This document shows, one piece after another, positions 1 to 8,804 of a stretch of 64,000 nucleotides of DNA. The position numbers and the translations under genes were made by a program. Origin of the DNA: Anaerolineae bacterium (GTDB lineage Bacteria; Chloroflexota; Anaerolineae; Anaerolineales; UBA4823). Below the pieces are notes generated by a model, which made no database searches, had not been told where the DNA came from, and was given only the letters and a program-made list of their open reading frames with translations. The number at the start of each line of letters is the position of its first letter. Positions within the stretch are counted from its first letter, which is position 1. The stretch is from NCBI GenBank assembly GCA_003327455.1, contig QOQU01000001.1:258337-322336 (forward strand), written 5' to 3'.

Positions 1-1
1 C

Positions 2-3000
2 GTCCTGGTTTACGATGGCGCTATGGGAACCAATCTGCAGAAGATGAAATTGACCGCTGCACACTTCGGCGGAGAAAAAACGTTTGGCTGCAACGATTAT
101 CTTGTCCTCACTTATCCTGCCGCAGTCGAAGCAGTCCACCGCTCCTTCTTAGAAGTGGGGGTCGATGCGATTGAAACCAATACTTTTCGGTCAAACCGTA
201 TCACGCTGGGTGAATATGGGCTGGCAGAGCGAGTGATTGAAATCAACCGCGCCGCGGCTTCGCTGGCAAGAAGACTGGCGGATGAATACAGCACGGCTGG
301 GCAGCGCCGCTTTGTGGCTGGTTCGATTGGACCTTCGGGGAAATTGCCCTCCGCCGATGACCCCGATCTCTCGAATATCGATTTTGATGAATTGGTAGAT
401 GTTTTTCGCCAACAGGCAGTGGGCTTAATCGAAGGCGGCGTGGATGTCTTGCTGATCGAGACCTCGCAGGATATTTTAGAGGTCAAGGCAGCCATTCTGG
501 GCATTCACGAAGCCTTCCGAGAACTGGGTACACGATTACCCATCCAGGCTCAGGTCACGCTGGACACCAATGGTCGCATGCTGCTGGGCACAGACATTGG
601 GGCGGCGCTGGCGATCCTGGCCGGCATGCAGATTGATGTGATTGGTTTGAACTGCTCCACCGGGCCAGAACACATGCGCCAACCCATCGAATTTCTGGGG
701 AAACACGCGCCCTTGCCCGTGTCCTGTCTGCCCAATGCCGGTTTGCCCTTGAACGTGGACGGAGAAGCCGTTTACCCCCTCGAACCCCAACCCTTCGCGC
801 AGGAGATGCTTGGCTTTGTCGAACGAAATGGCATTCGGGTTGTCGGTGGTTGTTGTGGGACGACGCCTCAACATCTGCAACTGCTGGTGCAGGGTTTACG
901 CGAGAAAGGCTTTCTGGCGCCTCAGGCGCGGTTCTTTCAGGCAGCCACTTTCCCCCCTCATCTGGCTTCAGCGGTTCGGGCGGTTGAAATGCATCAGCAG
1001 CCGCCGCCGTTGCTGATCGGGGAGCGTTGTAACGCCCAGGGCTCACGCCAGTTCAAACGGCTCTTGCTGGAAGAAAATACCGATGCCATCCTCGACCTGG
1101 CTCGCCAGCAGGTAGAGGGCGGCGCACATGCGCTGGATATTTCGGTAGCTCTGACCGAGCGCGCTGATGAAGCCGATACGATGCGCAAAGTGGTCAAACT
1201 TCTGGCAACAGGCGTGGATGTGCCGCTGGTCATAGACACCACCGAACCAGAGGTCATGGAAGTAGCGCTGAAAACCGCTCCGGGCAGATGTTTGCTCAAT
1301 TCCACCCATCTCGAAGGCGGTGAAGCGAAAGCCCGGCGCGTTTTCCAACTGGCAAAAGACTTCAACGCGGCGGTGCTTTGCCTGACCATCGATGAACAGG
1401 GGATGGCAAAAACTGCCCAACGCAAAGTGGAGGTTGCTCGACGCCTCTATCATCTGGCAGTGGAGGAGATCGGTTTAGCCCCAGAGGCGCTGGTCTTTGA
1501 TGCGCTTACGTTTACCCTGGCTACCGGCGATGAGGAATACCGTTACTCAGCGATCGAGACTTTAGAGGGAATTCGTTTGATTAAAGAAAATCTACCCGGC
1601 GTGCTGACCTCCTTAGGTGTCAGCAACCTTTCCTTTGGCCTGGCAGCCAACGCCCGGCCGGTCTTGAACAGTGTGATGCTCTATCACGCGGTTCAGAAGG
1701 GATTGGATATGGCAATTGTCAATCCTGCCCACATCACGCCCTACGCCGAGATCCCTCTGAACGAGCGTGAGCTTGCCGAAGATTTGATCTTTGCCCGCCG
1801 CGAGGATGCCCTCAGCCGTTTGATTGAGTACTTTGCCCAGCAGGCACCAAATGCTCGAATGGGTGAAAAAGACCAGACAGCCGAATTGCTTGGCTCCATG
1901 ACGGCGCAGGAGCGCTTACACTGGAAGGTCGTTCATCGCCATAAAGAGGGGGTTGAAGCGGATATCGACGAAATGATTCAAAATGCCCTGTTGTCTTATC
2001 CCTCACCCCTAACCCCTCCCCCTAAGGGGGAGGGGAATACCCTCCCCCCCTCGCCCTTAGGGAGAGGGGCCGGGGGTGAGGGATTAGAAGGGGTTGAGGG
2101 TGACTTAAAGAAAATCCAACACCAGGCCGCCGTCCAGATCCTCAACCATGTCCTCCTGCCCGCCATGAAAGAAGTAGGAGACAAATTCGGCGCCGGTGAA
2201 CTCATCCTGCCCTTCGTCCTCCAATCCGCTGAAGTCATGAAAAAAGCCGTCAGCCACCTGGAAAACTATCTCGAAAAACAGGAAGGCACGACCAAAGGTA
2301 AGATTGTCCTTGCCACCGTTTACGGCGATGTGCACGACATCGGCAAAAATCTGGTTAAGACCATCCTCTCCAACAACGGCTACACCGTCATCGATTTGGG
2401 CAAACAAGTGCCGGCAGAAACGATCATCTCTACCGCCGTGGAGCAAAAGGCGGATGCCATTGGACTGAGCGCTTTGCTGGTCAGCACTTCCAAACAAATG
2501 CCCCTGATCGTCAACGAACTCCATCGGCGCAGTTTGAAATTCCCCGTCTTAATCGGCGGAGCTGCCATAAATCGGCGCTTTGGCTGGCGGATTTTGTTCA
2601 CCGAAGATCAGAGCGTGTACGAGCCGGGTGTGTTCTATTGCAAGGATGCTTTCGAAGGCCTGGCGGTTATGGACCAGCTCATGCAGCCTGAAAAACGACA
2701 GGCCTTGCTGGAAAAAGTCCGGCAAGACGCCCGGCGGGAGGTTGCCAGACCGCTCCAATCCGACTCAAGGCAAACAACCCAACGACGGTCTACCGTCCTT
2801 CCCAAGCCCTTGCAGCTTCCGCCAGGGGTGCGCTGGGGCAGCCGTGTGGTGCGAGAGATGCCCCTAAGAGCCGTCTTTCAATGCCTGTTCAAGAACGACC
2901 TGTTCCGCCTCTCCTGGGGCGCCAAAAACGCCCATGGGGAAGAATGGGAACGGCTGCACCGCGACTTTGAGCAGCGTCTCGACCTCATGCAACGCCAGGC

Positions 3001-3616
3001 TTTGCAACAGGGGTGGCTCCGCCCTCAAGCAGCTTATGGCTACTGGCCCTGTCAATCCGAAGAAGATGAGCTGATCCTCTACGATCCCGACACCCTGCGC
3101 GCTGAACCCGATGAGTGGGTGGAGTTGATGCGTTTTGCCTTTCCCCGGCAGGAGGACGATGAGCATCTCTGCCTGGCGGATTACTTTGCCAGCCGCGAGA
3201 GCGGTGTAATCGATGTGGTGGCTTTCCAGGTCGTCACCGTGGGGCATGAGGCCACGGAATATTTTGATCGCCTGCAAGCCGAGGGCAACTACACCGAAGC
3301 CTATTTTGTGCATGGGCTGGCGGTTCAAACCGCCGAAGCCGCAGCGGAGTATCTGCATCGCCATATCCGCCGTGAATTAGGCATCCCCGAAGGCCAGGGA
3401 AAGCGCTATTCCTGGGGGTATCCTGCCATTCCAGAATTGGAAGACCACCGCAAAGTGTTCGATCTCTTACCGGTGGAGAAGGAGTTTGGCATGAGCTTAA
3501 CCGCTGCCTTTCAACTCGTCCCGGAACAATCTACAGCGGCAATTATCGTCCATCATCCTCAGGCGAAATATTACGCAGTCGGCGGCAGCCGCGTTGAGCA
3601 GTTGATGAGAGGTTGA
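2..3616 (+). CDS. metH: Cobalamin-dependent methionine synthase, 5'-truncated by the window edge (frame is open from nt 2; the Met at 23 is internal, ..VLVYDGAMGT..)
   Basis: 1197-aa ORF with Hcy-binding (DGAMGT, GGCCGTTP), pterin-binding, B12 cap plus B12-binding (GDVHDIGKN..SALL..GGA) and C-terminal AdoMet-activation regions in canonical order. Confidence 0.95.
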   Translation, partial: VLVYDGAMGTNLQKMKLTAAHFGGEKTFGCNDYLVLTYPAAVEAVHRSFLEVGVDAIETNTFRSNRITLGEYGLAERVIEINRAAASLARRLADEYSTAGQRRFVAGSIGPSGKLPSADDPDLSNIDFDELVDVFRQQAVGLIEGGVDVLLIETSQDILEVKAAILGIHEAFRELGTRLPIQAQVTLDTNGRMLLGTDIGAALAILAGMQIDVIGLNCSTGPEHMRQPIEFLGKHAPLPVSCLPNAGLPLNVDGEAVYPLEPQPFAQEMLGFVERNGIRVVGGCCGTTPQHLQLLVQGLREKGFLAPQARFFQAATFPPHLASAVRAVEMHQQPPPLLIGERCNAQGSRQFKRLLLEENTDAILDLARQQVEGGAHALDISVALTERADEADTMRKVVKLLATGVDVPLVIDTTEPEVMEVALKTAPGRCLLNSTHLEGGEAKARRVFQLAKDFNAAVLCLTIDEQGMAKTAQRKVEVARRLYHLAVEEIGLAPEALVFDALTFTLATGDEEYRYSAIETLEGIRLIKENLPGVLTSLGVSNLSFGLAANARPVLNSVMLYHAVQKGLDMAIVNPAHITPYAEIPLNERELAEDLIFARREDALSRLIEYFAQQAPNARMGEKDQTAELLGSMTAQERLHWKVVHRHKEGVEADIDEMIQNALLSYPSPLTPPPKGEGNTLPPSPLGRGAGGEGLEGVEGDLKKIQHQAAVQILNHVLLPAMKEVGDKFGAGELILPFVLQSAEVMKKAVSHLENYLEKQEGTTKGKIVLATVYGDVHDIGKNLVKTILSNNGYTVIDLGKQVPAETIISTAVEQKADAIGLSALLVSTSKQMPLIVNELHRRSLKFPVLIGGAAINRRFGWRILFTEDQSVYEPGVFYCKDAFEGLAVMDQLMQPEKRQALLEKVRQDARREVARPLQSDSRQTTQRRSTVLPKPLQLPPGVRWGSRVVREMPLRAVFQCLFKNDLFRLSWGAKNAHGEEWERLHRDFEQRLDLMQRQALQQGWLRPQAAYGYWPCQSEEDELILYDPDTLRAEPDEWVELMRFAFPRQEDDEHLCLADYFASRESGVIDVVAFQVVTVGHEATEYFDRLQAEGNYTEAYFVHGLAVQTAEAAAEYLHRHIRRELGIPEGQGKRYSWGYPAIPELEDHRKVFDLLPVEKEFGMSLTAAFQLVPEQSTAAIIVHHPQAKYYAVGGSRVEQLMRG
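1998..2105. repeat. Copy of the dispersed G/C-rich nested-palindrome element lying in-frame inside metH
   Basis: atCCCTCACCCctaaCCCCTCCCCCtaaGGGGGAGGGG...CCCCCTCGCCCttaGGGAGAGGGGccGGGGGTGAGGG has the same architecture as the intergenic units at 6005-6322, 26432-26790, 50650-50850 and 60107-60581. It is translated as SPLTPPPKGEGNTLPPSPLGRGAGGEG. Confidence 0.8.
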
Positions 3617-3619
3617 ACC

Positions 3620-5506
3620 ATGAACTCCTCCCCGACCCTGAAAGACCTGCTGTTGAATGCCGGTGTACCCTTGCTTTCGGATGGAGCAATGGGCACGCAA
3701 CTTCATGCCCGCGGTATAACCTTCGACGAATGCTTTGATGGCTTGAACCTTACCAACCCCGATCTGGTTTTTCAGATTCACTGCGATTACCTCAAGGCCG
3801 GGAGCGATCTCCTTCAAACCAACACCTTCGGGGCAAACCGCTACAAACTTGCCTTGCATGGGTTAGAGAAGGACCTCAGGCGCATAAACCGACAGGGTGT
3901 TCAAATCGCCCGCCAGGCGGCCGGCTCAAGCTCCAGGAAAGTTTTTATTCTCGGCGATATCGGACCGCTGGGGGTTCGGCTGGCGCCTTATGGGCGTGTG
4001 CGACCAGAGCAGGCTCGCCAGGCTTTTCGTGAACAGATCGAAGCGCTGCTCGAAGCCGGGGTAGATGGTATCCTTTTGGAAACCTTTAGCGATCTCCTGG
4101 AGATCCGCGAAGCGATTGAGGCTGCCAAGGCCCTGAGCGACTTGCCGCTGATTGCTTCCATGACCTTTACCCGCGATGACGTGACCCTGTTAGGGGATAC
4201 GCCCGCTCAGGTGGCGCGACAATTGTACGAATACGGGGCAGATCTGATCGGGGTGAATTGTTCTGGCGGTCCAGCCCAGGTCTGGCGCATTCTACGCCAG
4301 ATGGGACAAACGCTGCTGGCGAGCAAGAAAACCTTACCGCCCTTCTCGGCGATGCCCAATGCCGGTTGGCCAGAGCAGGTGGGAGGACGGATCATGTACC
4401 CTGCCAACGCAGCCTATTTTGGCGAGTATGCGCTGGCTTTCTGCGAAGCCGGGGCGCGCCTGGTAGGCGGGTGTTGCGGCACGACCCCTGAGCATATCGC
4501 TGCCATGCGTGCAGCCTTAGATGGTCAAACGGGAGGATGTGCGCCCTCAGTCAGCGAACTCACCCTGCCAATCGAAATTGAGGACGCCAGAGGGGAAGTA
4601 GAAGCGCCCTCCCGCCTGGCGAAGAAACTGGCAGAAGGCAGGTTTGTGATCAGCGTGGAGATGGATCCACCGCGCGGCCTTTCCACCCATAAGCTATTAG
4701 CCGGAGCGAGCTTGCTCAGTGAAGCCGGAGCGGATGTGATTAACATCGCCGATAGCCCCATGGCGCGCATGCGCATGAGCCCCTGGGCGGTTTGTGAGCT
4801 GTTACAACGCACGTTTGACATCGAGACCACGTTGCATTTTCCGACCCGCGGACGTAATCTGCTGCGGGTACAGGGCGATTTGTTGGCTGCCCACGCCCTG
4901 GGCATCCGCAACGTCTTCGTTGTGATGGGCGACCCTACTGCCATTGGCGATTACCCCGACGCCATGGACAACTACGACCTTGTCCCCTCGGGCTTGATCA
5001 AGCTGATCAAACAAAATCTGAACGTTGGGCTCGACCAGGCGGGGGCAGAATTGGGACAGCCAACCCATTTTTTTGTCGGTTGCGCTTTGAATCTCACCCC
5101 AACGGACTTCGGTCAGGAGGCAAAAAACTTACGGCGCAAACTGGAGGCGGGAGCAGACTTTATTCTCACCCAACCCGTCTTTCAACCCCGGCGGGCTGAG
5201 GCTTTTTTACAATTTTATCAGGAGAAATATGGGGAATTGAAAACGCCGCTCTTAGCCGGCGTGTTGCCGCTCTACAGTATTCGGCATGCGCTTTTCCTGC
5301 ATAACGAAGTGCCGGGCATTCAAATCGAAGAGGAAACGCTGGAACGCATCCGCAAAGCAGGCGAAGACGCGCCAGAGGAAGGCATCCGCGTTGCGTTAGA
5401 ACTCATTGAGCAAATGCGCGGCTGGATCAGCGGCATTTACCTGATGCCCGCTTTTCACCGCTACGACATCGCATCGGAAATCATCGAAGCCTGTCGTAAA
5501 TCCTAG
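3620..5506 (+). CDS. yitJ: Bifunctional homocysteine S-methyltransferase / 5,10-methylenetetrahydrofolate reductase (YitJ-like fusion)
   Basis: N-terminal Hcy-binding domain (SDGAMGTQL, GGCCGTTPEHI) fused to an MTHFR-like C-terminal half (ISVEMDPPRG, HFPTRGRN). Start is 4 nt after the metH stop. Confidence 0.85.
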   Translation: MNSSPTLKDLLLNAGVPLLSDGAMGTQLHARGITFDECFDGLNLTNPDLVFQIHCDYLKAGSDLLQTNTFGANRYKLALHGLEKDLRRINRQGVQIARQAAGSSSRKVFILGDIGPLGVRLAPYGRVRPEQARQAFREQIEALLEAGVDGILLETFSDLLEIREAIEAAKALSDLPLIASMTFTRDDVTLLGDTPAQVARQLYEYGADLIGVNCSGGPAQVWRILRQMGQTLLASKKTLPPFSAMPNAGWPEQVGGRIMYPANAAYFGEYALAFCEAGARLVGGCCGTTPEHIAAMRAALDGQTGGCAPSVSELTLPIEIEDARGEVEAPSRLAKKLAEGRFVISVEMDPPRGLSTHKLLAGASLLSEAGADVINIADSPMARMRMSPWAVCELLQRTFDIETTLHFPTRGRNLLRVQGDLLAAHALGIRNVFVVMGDPTAIGDYPDAMDNYDLVPSGLIKLIKQNLNVGLDQAGAELGQPTHFFVGCALNLTPTDFGQEAKNLRRKLEAGADFILTQPVFQPRRAEAFLQFYQEKYGELKTPLLAGVLPLYSIRHALFLHNEVPGIQIEEETLERIRKAGEDAPEEGIRVALELIEQMRGWISGIYLMPAFHRYDIASEIIEACRKS

Positions 5507-5509
5507 CTC

Positions 5510-5788
5510 TTATCCCGGCGGTGGAAGCGGTTCGTCGCTGGATACGGGTTGCGGTTTCTTGCGCAGGGTGAAGAAGCCCACCGCAACCGGGACGACCATT
5601 AACAGCAGCCCAAGACAGAGGATGGGAATACCCGCCGAAGGGGGGATCTGCCCGCTTTGTTCGCCCAGCTCAAAGGTGCCTGCTCCAAAGGCAGAAGCCG
5701 CGCCAAAGATGCATAGAAAAATTCCCGGGCAGCCACAAAGAAAAACCGTGGCAATCGTAGCAATCAAACCAACCGTCTTTTTGTCCAT
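5510..5788 (-). CDS. Small integral membrane protein, unknown function (start moved to MDKKTVG, preceded by AGGAGG)
   Basis: Two hydrophobic helices (LIATIATVFLCGCPGIFLCIF; ILCLGLLLMVVPVAVGFF); RBS aggagg 6 nt upstream of the ATG at 5788. Confidence 0.55.
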   Translation of the reverse strand: MDKKTVGLIATIATVFLCGCPGIFLCIFGAASAFGAGTFELGEQSGQIPPSAGIPILCLGLLLMVVPVAVGFFTLRKKPQPVSSDEPLPPPG

Positions 5789-6004
5789 CAGTCCTCCTGA
5801 GGATATGGGATTTTCTGTGGTCGGGCAATTGCCGCTCAAACCGAAGACCGAGTGCTGCGTCAATCGTGTATCCTGCTCACCTCACCCCCTCTACGTCCTC
5901 TCAGATGAGATCGGCTTACAACGACTCTTGCGCCATCGGTATCTGCTGTATTATAACGCAAGCTCGCGAAAGTTTATGTGAACAGAATTGGCTCTTTTTA
6001 CCCG

Positions 6005-6322
6005 CCCTCATCCCTAACCCCTCTCCCATGGGCGAGGGGAGTTTGATTCCCCTCCCCCTTAGGGGGAGGGCCAGGGTGAGGGATAAGAGCATAAGCGTCC
6101 AGGTGCAGTGGGCGAGGGGAGTTTGCCCTCACCCCCGGCCCCTCTCCCATGGGGAAAGGGGAGTTTGATTCCCTCCTCCTTAGGGGGAGGGCCAGGGTGA
6201 GGGATAAGAGCATAGGCGTCGAGCGGCGGCAGGCAAGGGGAGTTTGCCCTCACCCACAGCCCCTCTCCCATGGGGAGAGGGGAAACCCTCACCCCCATCC
6301 CCTCCCATGGGGAGAGGGGAGA
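6005..6322. repeat. Cluster of G/C-rich nested palindromes ('GEG' element family)
   Basis: Repeated CCCCTCTCCCatggGGAGAGGGG, CCCCTCCCCCttagGGGGAGGG and GGGTGAGGG/CCCTCACCC modules. Both strands translate to PLPxGEG-type pseudo-ORFs. Confidence 0.85.
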
Positions 6323-6323
6323 A

Positions 6324-6857
6324 TTAGACCCCGGTCAATGTACCGCGCACCCAATCCCCAACCAGCCAGTAACGAAAGTCTTTACCCTGACTCACCTGAT
6401 AGGCACCATAACAGCCATAGATCAGGGTGCCAAGCGGTAAAAGCCCACAGATCAGGGTAAATACTAAGGCAAAGGGAATCAAGACAACCCCGATAATCAA
6501 AGCAGATAAGACCCCTACCATCGCCCACATGATCCCGATCAACGTTCCGCCGCCGTACCAGCCGATCAATTGGAAGATGAGCGATTGCAGAGCATGGTAA
6601 GCGATAAACCTTGAGCGGTTGCGATAGACCAGATAGATTATCAGGGCTGCGATCGGTCCTCCGAAACCGGTCACCAAATTGACCAGCACGCTCAGATGCG
6701 CCAGCATCCCCCAGGTACGTTCATCACCAGGGCTGATTTCCTGGGGGGAGAAGCTTTGGGTTGGAATAGCTTCCGAAGAGGGAAGGTTCATTCCCGCAGT
6801 CTCATTCGCCTGTGGTTCTGCTTCAGAAGAGAACGCACTTTGATCCTGTTCAGTCAT
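6324..6857 (-). CDS. DUF4870-like membrane protein
   Basis: WGMLAHLS..GPIAALIIYLVYRNRSRFIAYHALQSLIFQ pattern and 3-4 TM helices; AAGGAG RBS before the ATG. Confidence 0.6.
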   Translation of the reverse strand: MTEQDQSAFSSEAEPQANETAGMNLPSSEAIPTQSFSPQEISPGDERTWGMLAHLSVLVNLVTGFGGPIAALIIYLVYRNRSRFIAYHALQSLIFQLIGWYGGGTLIGIMWAMVGVLSALIIGVVLIPFALVFTLICGLLPLGTLIYGCYGAYQVSQGKDFRYWLVGDWVRGTLTGV

Positions 6858-7030
6858 CCATTACTCCTTGTCGACCGGATATTCACTCTATCTACGCAAG
6901 GCAAGCCGAAAAGTCTTATCCAACCGCTCGATCCGGGGAGAGAAATAAAAATTATCTTCCAAAATCTATATAAACTTATCTGGTCAAATTCTGCTCATCT
7001 TCCTATAATCCTTTCCAAATAAGATTAGCA

Positions 7031-7174
7031 ATGCCTGAATTTCGATCTCGCCCTCCTCGCCAATATCCTCCTTTTTTCGAGAAGATCATCCCGATCACGC
7101 TGGGGGTGCTGGTTTTGGTGATGTTTCTCTTATTGTTGGTTGCCATTGGTGTTTTGGTTGGGTGGATCGGATAA
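7031..7174 (+). CDS. Possible 47-aa single-pass membrane peptide (MPEFRSRPPRQYPPFFEKIIPITLGVLVLVMFLLLLVAIGVLVGWIG)
   Basis: Hand-translated ORF below the 60-aa track cutoff, with one strong TM helix. It ends 24 nt before the next gene on the same strand. Confidence 0.35.
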   Translation: MPEFRSRPPRQYPPFFEKIIPITLGVLVLVMFLLLLVAIGVLVGWIG

Positions 7175-7198
7175 AACAAAATCGAAAAGGAGATTGGT

Positions 7199-7921
7199 AT
7201 GAACGCATGGATTGGTTGGCTTCCCTTTTTAGCGTCAGGAATCAGTTTTCTCTTTGCAGGAATGGTGTTCAAGCGCTACCTTGAACGGAAAGGGACTCAT
7301 CTGCTTTTCTGGGGGATTGGTCTGATCTTCTATGGCATCGGAGGGTTTTGCGAGGGATACTACAGCGCCTGGGGCTGGAATCCGCTCATCTATCGCCTGT
7401 GGTACCTGTTTGGGGCTATTCTGGTCGCCGCCTGGTTGGGACAAGGAACGGTTTTTCTGCTGGCAAAAGCCAGATGGGCTAAGATCACTTTTATGGTATT
7501 GCTTCTTGGCTCTCTCTATGGTGCGGTGCGGGTGTTCACTGCCCAGCTCGATCCTGCTCTTCTTACGACGTCTGCACACACTGGCAGTGAGCTAAGCGGA
7601 CACGCTATCATCACACCTGGCGTCCGCATTCTCACCCCCTTCTTTAACCTCTACGGCACCCTGACGCTGGTCGGTGGAGCGATCTACTCAGCCTGGATTT
7701 TCTGGCGCAAGCGGGTTTTGCTTCACCGTACCATTGGAAATATTCTCATCGCAGTGGGAGCGATGGCGCCAGCTTTTGGAGGTACCTTCAGCCGTCTTGG
7801 CATCCCGGGCGCATTGTACATCAGCGAATTGATCGGTGTACTGCTGATGTTTGCCGGCTTCATCCGGGCTACAACCCCGATCGAAGTCCAGTCCCCGGCC
7901 GTGCAAACCTCTAAGGCATAA
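7199..7921 (+). CDS. Polytopic membrane protein, unknown function
   Basis: 240-aa ORF with about 7 hydrophobic helices; RBS aaaggag upstream. Confidence 0.6.
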   Translation: MNAWIGWLPFLASGISFLFAGMVFKRYLERKGTHLLFWGIGLIFYGIGGFCEGYYSAWGWNPLIYRLWYLFGAILVAAWLGQGTVFLLAKARWAKITFMVLLLGSLYGAVRVFTAQLDPALLTTSAHTGSELSGHAIITPGVRILTPFFNLYGTLTLVGGAIYSAWIFWRKRVLLHRTIGNILIAVGAMAPAFGGTFSRLGIPGALYISELIGVLLMFAGFIRATTPIEVQSPAVQTSKA

Positions 7922-8059
7922 GGTCGGTTCGGTCATAGAGAAATTTCCAGATTGCTCTACGAAATCAGCGTAGGGCAAATTTCAATTTGCTCAAGACTGA
8001 GTGCCGGGACGCTATCGTCCCCAATGCCCGATATAATGAATTAATTCGGCAATTTTTCT

Positions 8060-8730
8060 TCTCCGGCGGGGGGATCAATTCCCCGCCTCAATCTAGAAAA
8101 GTCGGCTGGAAGCCGACGCGTTCGCCTTCTTCAGCCCCGCAAGGGCTTCCATGAATTGAGGCAGGGTTTTAACCCTTGCCGTCTTCTGACTGACTGACCT
8201 CCATTGCGCAGCGGGATCAATCCCTCGCTCAATCCATGGAAGTCGGCTGGAAGCCGACTCTGAATCCGCTTGAGCGGATTTTCATCTCCTGAGCAGGGGC
8301 TTGAGCCCCAGCGAAGGGATACCGCTCCCTCAAGCCCGGCTTTCTGCGCGCCGCTTGAAGGATTCCACCAGGAAAAGGATGGGGGAGAAGCGATGGCGCA
8401 CAGGCTGAATGCCTGTGCTACAGGGACGGGCTGAAGGGCTGGGGCATGGTAAGCAGGGGCTTCCAGCCTGTGGGGGAGAGGAATTTGGCACAGGCTGAAT
8501 GCCTGTGGTACGGTCAGGCGGGGAGGAACCCGACCTCTGCTCGACAAATCGGAAGTTCGCACAGGCTGAATGCCTGTAGTACGGGTGGCGCAGGGATTGG
8601 GGGAGGGAGCGGGGGCAAGGCGAGGCAAAGGCGGGGCAGCAGGGACGAAATCAATTTCGCCCTAACTGGCGAGGGTTTGAGGGGTTGGGTTGCGAGGGGG
8701 GAGATAGCGCAGGAAGGGGGGGCAGGCTGA
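8060..8730. repeat. Array of short unrelated stem-loops (5-8 bp stems, 3-4 nt loops), including 3 copies of CACAGGC-tgaa-GCCTGTG and 2 copies of GTCGGCT-gga-AGCCGAC
   Basis: Read directly: GGCGGGGggatcaattCCCCGCC (8065-8089), GTCGGCTggaAGCCGAC (8101-8117, 8242-8258), AATCCGCttgaGCGGATT, GGGGCttgaGCCCC, CACAGGCtgaaTGCCTGTG at about 8399, 8489, 8560. Confidence 0.8.
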
Positions 8731-8804
8731 AGCCCACCTCCACGCTTGGTCGTTCTAACACGCTCAGATAGCAAACAAGGGACGGTGCCGTGTGGCATCG
8801 TCCG

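Noticed and set aside
5998-6460. ORFs 5998..6213(-), 6059..6298(-), 5866..6168(+) and 6149..6460(+) with PLPxGEG/GRARVRDK-type sequences. The same applies to 26334..26546, 26648..26929, 50628..50858, 50718..50978, 60040..60315, 60385..60666 and 60474..60674
   Set aside because: All are translations of the palindromic GEG repeats, open on both strands simultaneously, with no RBS and low complexity. They are treated as repeat DNA, not genes.
8393-8585. Three copies of CGCACAGGCTGAATGCCTGTnnTAC looked like a second mini-CRISPR array next to the real one
   Set aside because: There are only three copies, the spacings are irregular (91 and 71 bp), and the intervening sequence is itself full of other hairpins. 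It fits the REP-like hairpin field better than a CRISPR.
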